DNA from: Actinomycetota bacterium
GTDB lineage: Bacteria > Actinomycetota > Acidimicrobiia > IMCC26256 > PALSA-610
Direction of reading: 5' to 3'
Length of the DNA stretch: 64,000 bases
Assembly: GCA_005779395.1 (NCBI GenBank)
Contig: SXJP01000040.1
Span: 16,970-80,969, forward strand
Shown here: one piece after another, positions 22,296 to 31,093 of the stretch
Layout of the letters: every line of letters starts with the position of its first letter
Position numbering within the stretch: position 1 is the stretch's first letter
Notes under the pieces: model-generated
Databases searched by the model: none
Seen by the model: only the letters and a program-made list of their open reading frames with translations
Told to the model about the DNA's origin: nothing
Made by a program: the position numbers and the translations under genes

Positions 22296-22310
22296 GCCGA
22301 TAGGACAGGT

Positions 22311-23135
22311 ATGGCTGAGGTTCCAGAACACTTACTACGTCGTAGCGCCGAACGCCGCGCGGCGTTATCAGGCGAAGAAGCGCCAGCCGAGGCGCCCGTA
22401 GCTGCCGACGTCCCCGCACAAGAGGCAAGTGCCGAAGAAGCCGTCGCCGCGCCCGCAGACACAGGCGAAAAGATCACCGAAAGTGTCGGGGGCGTTCCAG
22501 CACACCTCTTAGAGCGTGCTCGTTTGAAGAAACTCGCAGCCGCTGGCGGCGACGCTGGCGCAAGTGGCGCAGTCGCTACGGCAACAGCAGCTAAGGCGCC
22601 TGCCATGACAGCAGGTACACCGACAGGAACTGGCCCGAGTGGCCACACTCAGCGCCTGCTGACCGTGGTGAAGGCTGGATCGATCCAACAGACCAAAGCT
22701 GAAGCCCAAGACAAGGTCCATGTCTGGCCTCACTTGCTTGCCATCGAGTTCGCATCGATCATGATTCTGATGGCACTCACGACCATCTTCTCTGCACTCG
22801 TGAAGGCACCACTTCTAGGCCTCGCTGATGTCAACCAGACGCCGAACCCGTCGAAGGCTCCCTGGTACTTCTTGGGCCTTCAGGAACTTCTCACCATGTT
22901 CCACCCAATGGTCGCCGGTGTGACGATCCCTGGCGTCGCACTCGTCATCGTTGCGCTCGCCCCATATGTAGATAAGAACCCGTCAAACAAACCAGCCGAC
23001 CGCAAGTTTGCGATCGCGATGATGACGATGTTCCTTATGTTCTGGGCTGTACTTGTGATTATTGGATCGTTCTTCCGCGGCGAAGGCTTCAACTTCGTGT
23101 TCCCGTGGAACAACCATGTGTTCTTCGAGCTCTAG
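22311..23135 (+). CDS. Subunit IV-like (C-terminal half of cytochrome b) with Ala-rich N-terminal extension
   Basis: VWPHLL, TPNPSKAPWYFLGL (PEWY-equivalent), 3 TM helices. Confidence 0.85.
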   Translation: MAEVPEHLLRRSAERRAALSGEEAPAEAPVAADVPAQEASAEEAVAAPADTGEKITESVGGVPAHLLERARLKKLAAAGGDAGASGAVATATAAKAPAMTAGTPTGTGPSGHTQRLLTVVKAGSIQQTKAEAQDKVHVWPHLLAIEFASIMILMALTTIFSALVKAPLLGLADVNQTPNPSKAPWYFLGLQELLTMFHPMVAGVTIPGVALVIVALAPYVDKNPSNKPADRKFAIAMMTMFLMFWAVLVIIGSFFRGEGFNFVFPWNNHVFFEL

Positions 23136-23149
23136 GAGAATAAAGGGCA

Positions 23150-24004
23150 GTGCTACCAGCAGCAATCTTCGCCATTTTCGGGGCCATCGTGCTCGTCTTG
23201 GTCGTCACAACGGCCCGACGTTCGAGCACGAGCGGACGGCTCTCTCGCGAGACCAAGTCGCGCGACAAATCCGGTCCAGCCTCAACGAGCGCCACTACCG
23301 AACTTGAAGCGGCAGATTCGGCCGTCGCTCGCGAACGTGCAGCACTTGCCCAGAACGAAGCCGTATCTGGGGTCCCAGCAATGGTTGGCGAGACTGGAAT
23401 CGCTCGTTGGGAGCCCGTAGACGAAGAAACTCTCGGAGTTTCGCGTCGTCAGTTCCTCAACCGTGCCAACATCTCGATGCTCGGAATTGGGATGCTCCCA
23501 ATTTTTGGCGTCTCCCTAATTGCGTTCTTGTACCCAAGTGGCGCAGGCGGGTTCGGATCCAAGGTCACCGTCGGGAAATTGTCCGACATCCTTGCCTCGA
23601 TCACAGCAAAGAAGCAACCGTTCTACGCGGCAAGTGCGCGCACCTACATTCAGATTTTCGACAACGCAAAGACCACGGCCGCAGAAGTAACAAGCGCCTA
23701 CGAAGGTCGCGAAGTCGAGATGGGTCTCCCCGACGGTTACGTCGCCTTGTGGCAGCGATGCGTGCACCTTGGCTGCCGGGTTCCGTGGTGTCAGAGTTCG
23801 CAGTGGTTCGAATGCCCCTGCCACGGATCCAAGTACAGCAAGATCGGCGAAAAGCGCGACGGGCCCGCACCGCGTGGTCTTGACCGATTCGCAACCGAAG
23901 TCGTCGACGGCAACCTCGTCGTAAACACAGGCGTCATCATTCAGGGCCCGCCTATCGGCACGACCACAATCGACCAGAAGCAGGAAGGTCCGGCGTGCGT
24001 CTGA
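23150..24004 (+). CDS. Rieske [2Fe-2S] subunit
   Basis: CVHLGC, CPCHGSKY, GPAPRGL, internal SRRQFL Tat motif. Confidence 0.93.
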   Translation: MLPAAIFAIFGAIVLVLVVTTARRSSTSGRLSRETKSRDKSGPASTSATTELEAADSAVARERAALAQNEAVSGVPAMVGETGIARWEPVDEETLGVSRRQFLNRANISMLGIGMLPIFGVSLIAFLYPSGAGGFGSKVTVGKLSDILASITAKKQPFYAASARTYIQIFDNAKTTAAEVTSAYEGREVEMGLPDGYVALWQRCVHLGCRVPWCQSSQWFECPCHGSKYSKIGEKRDGPAPRGLDRFATEVVDGNLVVNTGVIIQGPPIGTTTIDQKQEGPACV

Positions 24005-24059
24005 TGCAACTTTTCGCAACTAAAGGCCCGTCACTGAGCACCGAGAGGACAACGCAGGT

Positions 24060-25484
24060 ATGAGGCTCCTCGCTGCCTGGGATTGGCACAGATTCACGAA
24101 GTTCGACGTCTGGGGCGTCCTGTTCTGGGTCAATGCGATCGCACTATTAGCACTACTCATCGTTGCTGTCGTCTCAATCTCGCGTGACAAGCAAGACAAG
24201 CCAGCAGCGAACACGGTCGCGTTCTTGGCCGACGACGAACTCGAAACTTTCCGGCTAGAGCGAGTGCTCGGCTGGGCGCTCGTATTCTCGGCAATTCTCG
24301 CAGTTAGCTACGGCGTCTACTGGCTGCGCGAGCCTTCTCGTCAGCACGACTCCGACATCTACTTCGCAGAAGGAGCGATCGAGCGCGGCGAAGAACTGTT
24401 CGCCAACGAATCGTTCGAGGTCTACAACTCTGCGAAGTCTCTCAAGTGCGCAGACTGCCACGGCGGACCTGGCATCGATGCCGACCTCGGCCGCGAAGTA
24501 GTTGGTGGCGGTGGGTCCGCGCCATACACGCACATCATCGACCCAGACAATGCGTTCTCCGTTTCGTGGAGCGCGCCTGCTCTCAACACCGTGATGTATC
24601 GCTTCTCGCCTGAGGAAGTCCGTGAGATCATCACCTACGGGCGGCCAGGAACGCCGATGCAGGCATGGGGTACAGACGGCGACGGTCCGAAGAATGCTCA
24701 GAGCGTCACCGACCTTGTCGCATATATCGCTTCAATACAAATCTCGCCAGATGAAGCCCAAGGAAAAATCGCAGCCAACCTCAAAGCGGCCCAAGAACAG
24801 TCCGCCTCGCAGGTAAAGAGCGCAGAAGAAGCAGTAGCCGCTGCGACCGAAGCCCTCGACGAAGCGCAAACAGCTAGCGACGAGATTAAGGACCAAGAGT
24901 CGAACGAGGGACAACTTGCCATCCGCAAGGTTGAAGCTGCCGCGAAGAAACTCGAAGTTGCACAAGCGAAGCTAGATTGGGCCAAGGAGTGGGCAGACAA
25001 GCGTTCCGGAATCAGTGACGGCCAGTTGCTGTTCGAAATGAACTGTGCTCGTTGCCACACCAAGAACTGGAGTTTGTTCAACCCGAGCAACCCATACCTA
25101 CGCCCAGAGACATTGCTCGGTCCGGCTGGTGGGGGCGGCAACACAGGCTTCAGTCTCGTGAACGTAGAGAAACTTCGGTTCAACAACGGACTAGACGCAG
25201 AAGGCAAGCCAGACCCGACGTCGGGCTGGACTAGCCACAACCTGTTCGTGACAAACGGTTCTAACAAGCAGAAGCCATACGGCAACGGCGGCAGCGGAAG
25301 CGGTCGCATGCCAGGCCAATGCAACACCGACTTCTTCGCTTCCTTCGACATCCTCGAGCACAGCGGGTGCATGCTCACCACAGTGCAGATCGAAGCGATC
25401 GTTGCGTACGAACGCTGTGGACTCCTAGCAACATTGCCAGACCACAGTGCAGCCAAATATGACACAGACTGCGATAAGCCGTAG
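24060..25484 (+). CDS. Membrane-anchored diheme cytochrome c subunit
   Basis: CADCH and CARCH; candidate Met ligands in TPMQAW and GRMPG; two N-terminal TM helices. Confidence 0.85.
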   Translation: MRLLAAWDWHRFTKFDVWGVLFWVNAIALLALLIVAVVSISRDKQDKPAANTVAFLADDELETFRLERVLGWALVFSAILAVSYGVYWLREPSRQHDSDIYFAEGAIERGEELFANESFEVYNSAKSLKCADCHGGPGIDADLGREVVGGGGSAPYTHIIDPDNAFSVSWSAPALNTVMYRFSPEEVREIITYGRPGTPMQAWGTDGDGPKNAQSVTDLVAYIASIQISPDEAQGKIAANLKAAQEQSASQVKSAEEAVAAATEALDEAQTASDEIKDQESNEGQLAIRKVEAAAKKLEVAQAKLDWAKEWADKRSGISDGQLLFEMNCARCHTKNWSLFNPSNPYLRPETLLGPAGGGGNTGFSLVNVEKLRFNNGLDAEGKPDPTSGWTSHNLFVTNGSNKQKPYGNGGSGSGRMPGQCNTDFFASFDILEHSGCMLTTVQIEAIVAYERCGLLATLPDHSAAKYDTDCDKP

Positions 25485-25515
25485 TCCTAAAAGATTTCAG
25501 AGAAGAGGAGACCCC

Positions 25516-26373
25516 GTGCAGGTACTGCACATTCTCGCTAGCGAAGGCGGCGGCGCCAAGAACCTTTGGGATCCCACGATCCTTGGTGTTCTCACGGTGC
25601 TGTCTGGCGTCGTGCTGTTCTGTGGTTCGACATACATGTTGCTCACAACGAACATCGGAGCCCGCCAGGGTTTCCTAGTTGCATTCTGCAGCCTCACCGG
25701 AATAACGATGTTGCTCGGCGCTCTGTGGCTAACGACCAACACGCCACTCAACGTTCCGAAGGGACGCGTGGCCCAGTGGATCCCCGTTTCCGAAGAGCCG
25801 ACTGATGCCATCGTTGCCAATCTGAGTGACTCAGCGATTCAAGCACTCAGGTCAATCGATTCAGAAGGCACGCCCGTACCCGAGAAGGGTCCGGCCGACT
25901 CGGACGTCCTTGAGCGCGGCGAGCTTCGCCCTGCAGTCGAAGCGGCGCTAGTAAAAGAAAAGACTGAAGGCCCCCACGAAGTCGAAGCCGGACCGCTAGT
26001 GCTCGTGTGCGATACATGTGCAGGCGATGTCATCACCAACCTCGATGAACTCAACTCGTACACGATTGGTGGCGGCACCAAGAACCTCTTCTGGCACAAC
26101 ACTCAATACGCAGCCGTTGAGTTCTGCACTCGCTTTGCTCTAGACCCGGTTTTTGCTGACCCAAGTGCCGAAATCAAAGACGCCGAGTGCGACCCAGCCA
26201 TCGCCCACAAATTCCTTCTCCTAAAGCGCGACTTCGGATCACTTCGGTTACCTGCACTGTTCTACACACTCGTTTCCGGGTTGCTGCTCGGACTTGGCCT
26301 GTACGCAATGCACATCAAGGAACGGTCCGAACAACGGACCTCGGCAGGCGCACTCACGCCGACCAACGCCTAG
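25516..26373 (+). CDS. Hypothetical membrane protein (2 N-terminal TM, soluble Cys-containing domain, 1 C-terminal TM)
   Basis: GAGGAG RBS before GTG 25516; hydrophobicity pattern. Confidence 0.75.
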   Translation: MQVLHILASEGGGAKNLWDPTILGVLTVLSGVVLFCGSTYMLLTTNIGARQGFLVAFCSLTGITMLLGALWLTTNTPLNVPKGRVAQWIPVSEEPTDAIVANLSDSAIQALRSIDSEGTPVPEKGPADSDVLERGELRPAVEAALVKEKTEGPHEVEAGPLVLVCDTCAGDVITNLDELNSYTIGGGTKNLFWHNTQYAAVEFCTRFALDPVFADPSAEIKDAECDPAIAHKFLLLKRDFGSLRLPALFYTLVSGLLLGLGLYAMHIKERSEQRTSAGALTPTNA

Positions 26374-26382
26374 GAGAACACG

Positions 26383-26550
26383 ATGATAAGAAACCTGATC
26401 GCCATCGCCCCTCAACCGGTCGACACAACCGAACAAGGCCCGCTCGGATTCATTCTGCTAGCGGTGCTGTGTACAGCGATCATGGCGAGCCTGTTCTACA
26501 TGGACCGAATCCGTCAACGCGCTAGTGATCGTCGCGACTCAGAGCAGTAG
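26383..26550 (+). CDS. Unannotated 55-aa single-TM small protein
   Basis: AGGAG RBS; MIRNLIAIAPQPVDTTEQGPLGFILLAVLCTAIMASLFYMDRIRQRASDRRDSEQ; fills the gap up to the hemL stop. Confidence 0.7.
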   Translation: MIRNLIAIAPQPVDTTEQGPLGFILLAVLCTAIMASLFYMDRIRQRASDRRDSEQ

Positions 26551-27810
26551 TCAGAGGTTCGCTGCAGTAGCCGCGGCTGCTGCGATGGTCTCCTCGATCA
26601 CCTCATGGGTGTGAGCGAGACCGCAAAAGAGAGTTTCGTAGCCACTAGGAGCAAAGAAGACTCCCCGCTCGAGTAGCCCATGGAAGAATTTCGCGTAACG
26701 CGCATGGTCGGCTTGCTTGGCTGACTCATAGTCACTTACCGCTCCGCCAAAGAACACCCCAACAAGGGTCGCCGACCTGGTTACGTTCGCTTGTACCCCA
26801 GCGTTCACAAAAACATCTGACAGTCCCTCAGCGAGATGGGTTGCGAGATCGACGAGACGTTCGTAAGCAGAGTCGTCTAACAACTTGAGTGTCGCAATTC
26901 CTGCCGCGGTTGCTAGCGGGTTTCCGCTCAGTGTCCCGGCCTGATAGACGGAACCGAGCGGCGCTAAGTGGTCCATGATGTCCGCTCTGCCGCCGAGACC
27001 AGCGAGTGGCAACCCACCGCCGACCACCTTGCCGAAAATTGTGAGGTCGGGAACAATTCCGAACAGGCCTTGTGCGCCTGCTCGCGCGACGCGAAATCCT
27101 GTGATCACTTCATCGAAGATGAGCAACGCTCCGTGCCTGCTGCAAATGGCTCGTAGCGCTTCGAGGTAGCCATCTTGCGGCGGGACTAACCCCATGTTCG
27201 CAGCGATCGGCTCGACAAGCAGCGCAGCGATGTCAGAGCCATGTAGCGCAAAGGCCTCTTCGATAGCAAGTACGTCGTTGTAAGGACACGCGATCGTGTC
27301 TGCGACTGTTCCTTCGGTGATTCCAGCAGAACCAGGTAGCCCGAGCGTTGCGAGACCAGAGCCCGCTGCAACCAGCAGCGAATCCAGGTGCCCGTGATAA
27401 CAGCCTGCCAGCTTGATGACCTTTGAACGGCCCGTCGCACCGCGGGCGAGTCGCACGGCCGTCATCGCAGCTTCGGTGCCGGATGACACGAGACGGACTT
27501 TCTCGATGGATCGAACACGCCCGCAGATCAGTTCCGCTAGTTCCACTTCGCCTTCTGTTGGAGTGCCGTAACTAGTGCCAAGAGATGCCGCTTGCTGAAT
27601 CGCATCTACGGCTGCCGGATGAGCGTGACCGAGAATGACAGCACCCCATGACTGCACATAGTCGGTGTAACGCTTGTTGTCGGTGTCGTACAAATACGCG
27701 CCACGAGCGCGAGCCGTGAAGAATGGCTGCCCACCGACACTGCCAAAGGCGCGCACCGGCGAGTTGACACCACCAGGAATGCGCGCCTCTGCGCGCTCGA
27801 ACAAACTCAA
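26551..27810 (-). CDS. hemL: Glutamate-1-semialdehyde 2,1-aminomutase
   Basis: IPGGVNSPVRAF, SSGTEA, FDEVITGFR, GKVVGGGLP, YQAGTLSGNP. Confidence 0.96.
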   Translation of the reverse strand: MSLFERAEARIPGGVNSPVRAFGSVGGQPFFTARARGAYLYDTDNKRYTDYVQSWGAVILGHAHPAAVDAIQQAASLGTSYGTPTEGEVELAELICGRVRSIEKVRLVSSGTEAAMTAVRLARGATGRSKVIKLAGCYHGHLDSLLVAAGSGLATLGLPGSAGITEGTVADTIACPYNDVLAIEEAFALHGSDIAALLVEPIAANMGLVPPQDGYLEALRAICSRHGALLIFDEVITGFRVARAGAQGLFGIVPDLTIFGKVVGGGLPLAGLGGRADIMDHLAPLGSVYQAGTLSGNPLATAAGIATLKLLDDSAYERLVDLATHLAEGLSDVFVNAGVQANVTRSATLVGVFFGGAVSDYESAKQADHARYAKFFHGLLERGVFFAPSGYETLFCGLAHTHEVIEETIAAAAATAANL

Positions 27811-28781
27811 TTGAGCAACTCAGCTACCTCGCGCGCGAGGTACGTGAGTATGAAGTCTGCGCCAGCGCGTTTGATGCTGAGCAACTGCTCTAGCGCCACG
27901 GCAGTGCCATCTATCCATCCGTTCGCAGCCGCAGCTTTGATCATCGCGTATTCACCGCTCACGTGGTACGCAGCAATTGGAACATCGTGAGCTACTCGCA
28001 GACGCGCGATTACATCAAGGTACGACATCGCTGGCTTCACCATGATCATGTCGGCGCCCTCAGCGACGTCGAGATCTACTTCTGCTAGCGCTTCTCTGGC
28101 ATTGGCTGGGTCCATCTGGTAGCTCTTGCGGTCGCCGAATTGCGGTGCGCATTCGGCTGCGTCGCGGAACGGTCCGTAAAGAGCCGATGCATATTTTGCT
28201 GCATACGCGAGTATCGGAGTCTGGGCGAAGCCGTTGTCATCGAGCGCTCCACGAATCGCTGCGACTTGGCCATCCATCATGCCAGACGGTGCAATTACAT
28301 CAGCGCCCGCGCTGGCTTGGGCTACAGCTATCGAGGCGTAGCGATCGAGTGTCGCATCGTTATCAACGGCGCCCGAGGCCGTGAGGATGCCGCAGTGGCC
28401 ATGATCAGTGAACTCGTCCAAGCATGTGTCGCTCATGATGACCATCGCAGCGCCGACTTCGTCGCGCAATGTTCGTAACGCAATCTGCACAATGCCGTCG
28501 TTTGAATCAGCGCTGGAGCCGACCGAGTCCTTGTGGCGCGGAATGCCAAACAGAATGACAGCAGGTACTCCCAAGTCGCATAGGGCGCGTACCTCTTTGC
28601 GCAGACTCTCTACCGTATGTTGCGAGACGCCAGGCATCGACGTGACTGGTTCGGGCGAATCGATGCCCTCCTTGACAAAGAGGGGCGCTACTAAGTCATC
28701 GGTCGAGAGCCGATACTCTGCTACTAGCCGCCGCATGGCTGGCGTCTGGCGCAATCGTCTCATCCGGAGTGCTGGAAACAT
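27807..28781 (-). CDS. hemB: Porphobilinogen synthase
   Basis: RMRRLR, CLDEFTDHGHCG, APSGMMDG, MVKPA, YHVSGEY. Confidence 0.96.
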   Translation of the reverse strand: MFPALRMRRLRQTPAMRRLVAEYRLSTDDLVAPLFVKEGIDSPEPVTSMPGVSQHTVESLRKEVRALCDLGVPAVILFGIPRHKDSVGSSADSNDGIVQIALRTLRDEVGAAMVIMSDTCLDEFTDHGHCGILTASGAVDNDATLDRYASIAVAQASAGADVIAPSGMMDGQVAAIRGALDDNGFAQTPILAYAAKYASALYGPFRDAAECAPQFGDRKSYQMDPANAREALAEVDLDVAEGADMIMVKPAMSYLDVIARLRVAHDVPIAAYHVSGEYAMIKAAAANGWIDGTAVALEQLLSIKRAGADFILTYLAREVAELLN

Positions 28782-28785
28782 CTGT

Positions 28786-30246
28786 TCAGGCTAACTGTGA
28801 GAGGACCGCTGCAACGAGGCCATCAATATCGTGTTCGATCGCCTCGACCGCGACTTCGAGACCGGTGGCGCGCACCGCTTCGGAGGTAACGGGACCGATG
28901 CTGATGATCGGAATTCCGAGGCCATCGATGGATCCTGTTGCGCGAAGAAAATTGGTGACCGTCGAACTAGATGTGAAGCAAATTGCGTCAACCAAACCGG
29001 TACGAACTCGATCAAGGTCAACTGAGTCAGGCTCGACGGCGAGCGTTCGATACACATTGAGAACACGTACCTCGTATCCGAGTTCGAGAAGCCCTTCGGG
29101 GAGCACATCTCTTGCGGTCTCTGCGCGCACGAGCAGAACTCGCTCGCCATGCACTGTTGGCTGTGGGATCTCTGCCAACAAGGACTCCGCAACGAACCGT
29201 TGTGGAACGAGATCTGGCCAAATCCCGTACCGCATGAATGCTGCCGCCGTACCGGGGCCGATAGCCGCAATCTTCAGACCACTCAATGAACGCGCATCAG
29301 TACCAGCAGGAATGATGCCGCGTTCAAATAGGGCTTTGACACCGTTGGCCGAAGTCGCGAACAACCATCCGAATTCCGTGGTAGCTGGTAGGTCAAAATC
29401 GATTGGTTCAATCTTGATCGACGGAAGTTCGAGGACCTCGGCACCAAGTGCCTCGAGCCGCATCCGAAGAACGCTTGCCTGTTCCCTCGCTCGAGTTATA
29501 ACAACGCGCTTGCCGAATAATGGTTTGTTCTCGAACCACGCGAGATCGAGCGTCGCCACTCGACCGACGACTATGGCTGATGGCGATTCGATCCCGGCCG
29601 TCGGCGCTTTCGAGAGGGTGGTTCGAATCGTGCGCTGCTCGGGGCGAGTTCCCCAGCGCACAGCAGCGACCGGGGTCTCTGGATCACGACCTCCAGCGAT
29701 GAGCCGAGCGCTGATCTCGGCAAGTCGCGCGGCACCCATAAGGATCACGAGCGTGCCGCCAGCGCGCGCTAACGAATCCCAGTCTGTGTCTGTGGTGCCC
29801 TTAGCCGGGTCTTCGTGACCAGTGACGATCGTTACGTGCGTCGATAGCCCGCGATGGGTCACGGGGATACCTGCGTACGCAGCCGCGGCAATTGCACTCG
29901 TCACGCCAGGAACAATTTCGAATGCGATCCCTGCATCACGCAGGACCTCGGCTTCTTCGCCACCACGCCCAAAGACGTAAGGGTCACCGCCCTTAAGCCG
30001 AACGACGTGACGACCAGCGCCACCATGCTCGACGAGTACTGCGTTGATCTCGTCCTGAGTCATAGCAACATTTCCTGGTGCCTTGCCGACATCGATCCGT
30101 GTGGCAGATGAGGGTGCCAGATCTAGCAACTGTGCAGCGGCAAGACGATCGTGCACGACGACTTCGGTTTCGGCGAGTAGGTCCGCCGCGCGCATAGTCA
30201 ACAGTCCGGGGTCACCGGGGCCAGCACCAACTAGGTAGACGGTCAC
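28786..30246 (-). CDS. cobA: Fused uroporphyrinogen-III C-methyltransferase / uroporphyrinogen-III synthase (CobA/HemD)
   Basis: LVGAGPGDPGLLT, RLKGGDPYVFGRGGEE, then HemD motifs (TSANGV, AIGPGT, FTSSSTV). Confidence 0.93.
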   Translation of the reverse strand: MTVYLVGAGPGDPGLLTMRAADLLAETEVVVHDRLAAAQLLDLAPSSATRIDVGKAPGNVAMTQDEINAVLVEHGGAGRHVVRLKGGDPYVFGRGGEEAEVLRDAGIAFEIVPGVTSAIAAAAYAGIPVTHRGLSTHVTIVTGHEDPAKGTTDTDWDSLARAGGTLVILMGAARLAEISARLIAGGRDPETPVAAVRWGTRPEQRTIRTTLSKAPTAGIESPSAIVVGRVATLDLAWFENKPLFGKRVVITRAREQASVLRMRLEALGAEVLELPSIKIEPIDFDLPATTEFGWLFATSANGVKALFERGIIPAGTDARSLSGLKIAAIGPGTAAAFMRYGIWPDLVPQRFVAESLLAEIPQPTVHGERVLLVRAETARDVLPEGLLELGYEVRVLNVYRTLAVEPDSVDLDRVRTGLVDAICFTSSSTVTNFLRATGSIDGLGIPIISIGPVTSEAVRATGLEVAVEAIEHDIDGLVAAVLSQLA

Positions 30247-31091
30247 GAGGAGACTCCCAACGCAGAAGCCGCAGTGATTCCGAGTCGTTCGGGGTCGGTG
30301 CCGCGGACCTCAGCTGACCGAGCGCCCTCGGCGGTTTCGAGAAAGACTCGAAGTTCAAGTTCATCGTCGGGACCCGTCTGTGCATACGCTCCGACAGGCA
30401 GGTCGCAACCACCGCCTAGAACAGCAAGAAATGCACGTTCGGTAGAGACTTCGCGATGCAGTCGTTGGTTGTCAATCGTGGCAAGCAACGCGAGAGTTGC
30501 GTGATCGTCTGATCGGCACTCGACTGCCAATGCGCCTTGGCCGACTTGTGGCAACATCACATCGATAGCGAGGGTCTCTGCGATCACGTCTAGTCGCCCA
30601 AGACGATGCAGCGCCGCTGCTGCAATAACGACAGCATCGAACTGGGCCGCCTTTTCAATGCGCGTGTCGACATTGCCTCGCAACTCACCGAACGCAAGGT
30701 CCGGGCGCAACGCGGCTAGTTGGGCACGCCTGCGCACTGCTCCTGTGCCGATTCGCGCTCCTGCTTTGAGTTCGGCAAATCTGCACCCAACTAACGCGTC
30801 CCGAGGATCGGCACGTTCGGGGATAGCTCCGAGTACAAGTTCTGTTGGTGTGACTGCTGGCAAATCCTTGGCGGAGTGAACGGCAATGTCGGCATGATTT
30901 TCGATCACAGCCTGTTGAACTTCTTTGACGAAGACTCCCTGGCCGCCAAGAGCGTGGATCGGAACATCGGTGCGGACATCGCCGACTGTCGTGATGATTA
31001 CAAGTTCGTGGGCAGGATTCCCGAGTAGTGCGACCACGCGCTCGGCCTGCCAGCGCGCGAGTGCGCTCCCGCGCGTAGCGACTCTCAACAC
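30243..31091 (-). CDS. hemC: Hydroxymethylbilane synthase
   Basis: TRGSALARWQA, GVFVKE, VHSAKDLP, LRGNVDTR, GQGAL, GGC. Confidence 0.95.
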   Translation of the reverse strand: MLRVATRGSALARWQAERVVALLGNPAHELVIITTVGDVRTDVPIHALGGQGVFVKEVQQAVIENHADIAVHSAKDLPAVTPTELVLGAIPERADPRDALVGCRFAELKAGARIGTGAVRRRAQLAALRPDLAFGELRGNVDTRIEKAAQFDAVVIAAAALHRLGRLDVIAETLAIDVMLPQVGQGALAVECRSDDHATLALLATIDNQRLHREVSTERAFLAVLGGGCDLPVGAYAQTGPDDELELRVFLETAEGARSAEVRGTDPERLGITAASALGVSS

Positions 31092-31093
31092 GG

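Noticed and set aside
25516-26373. CDTC as a heme-binding site
   Set aside because: Followed by Ala, not His.
28769-29818. Long antisense and alternative-frame ORFs (also 13574-14608, 37538-38404, 4111-5169, 52604-53545)
   Set aside because: Shadow ORFs over well-supported genes, expected in GC-rich DNA; no motifs or RBS.
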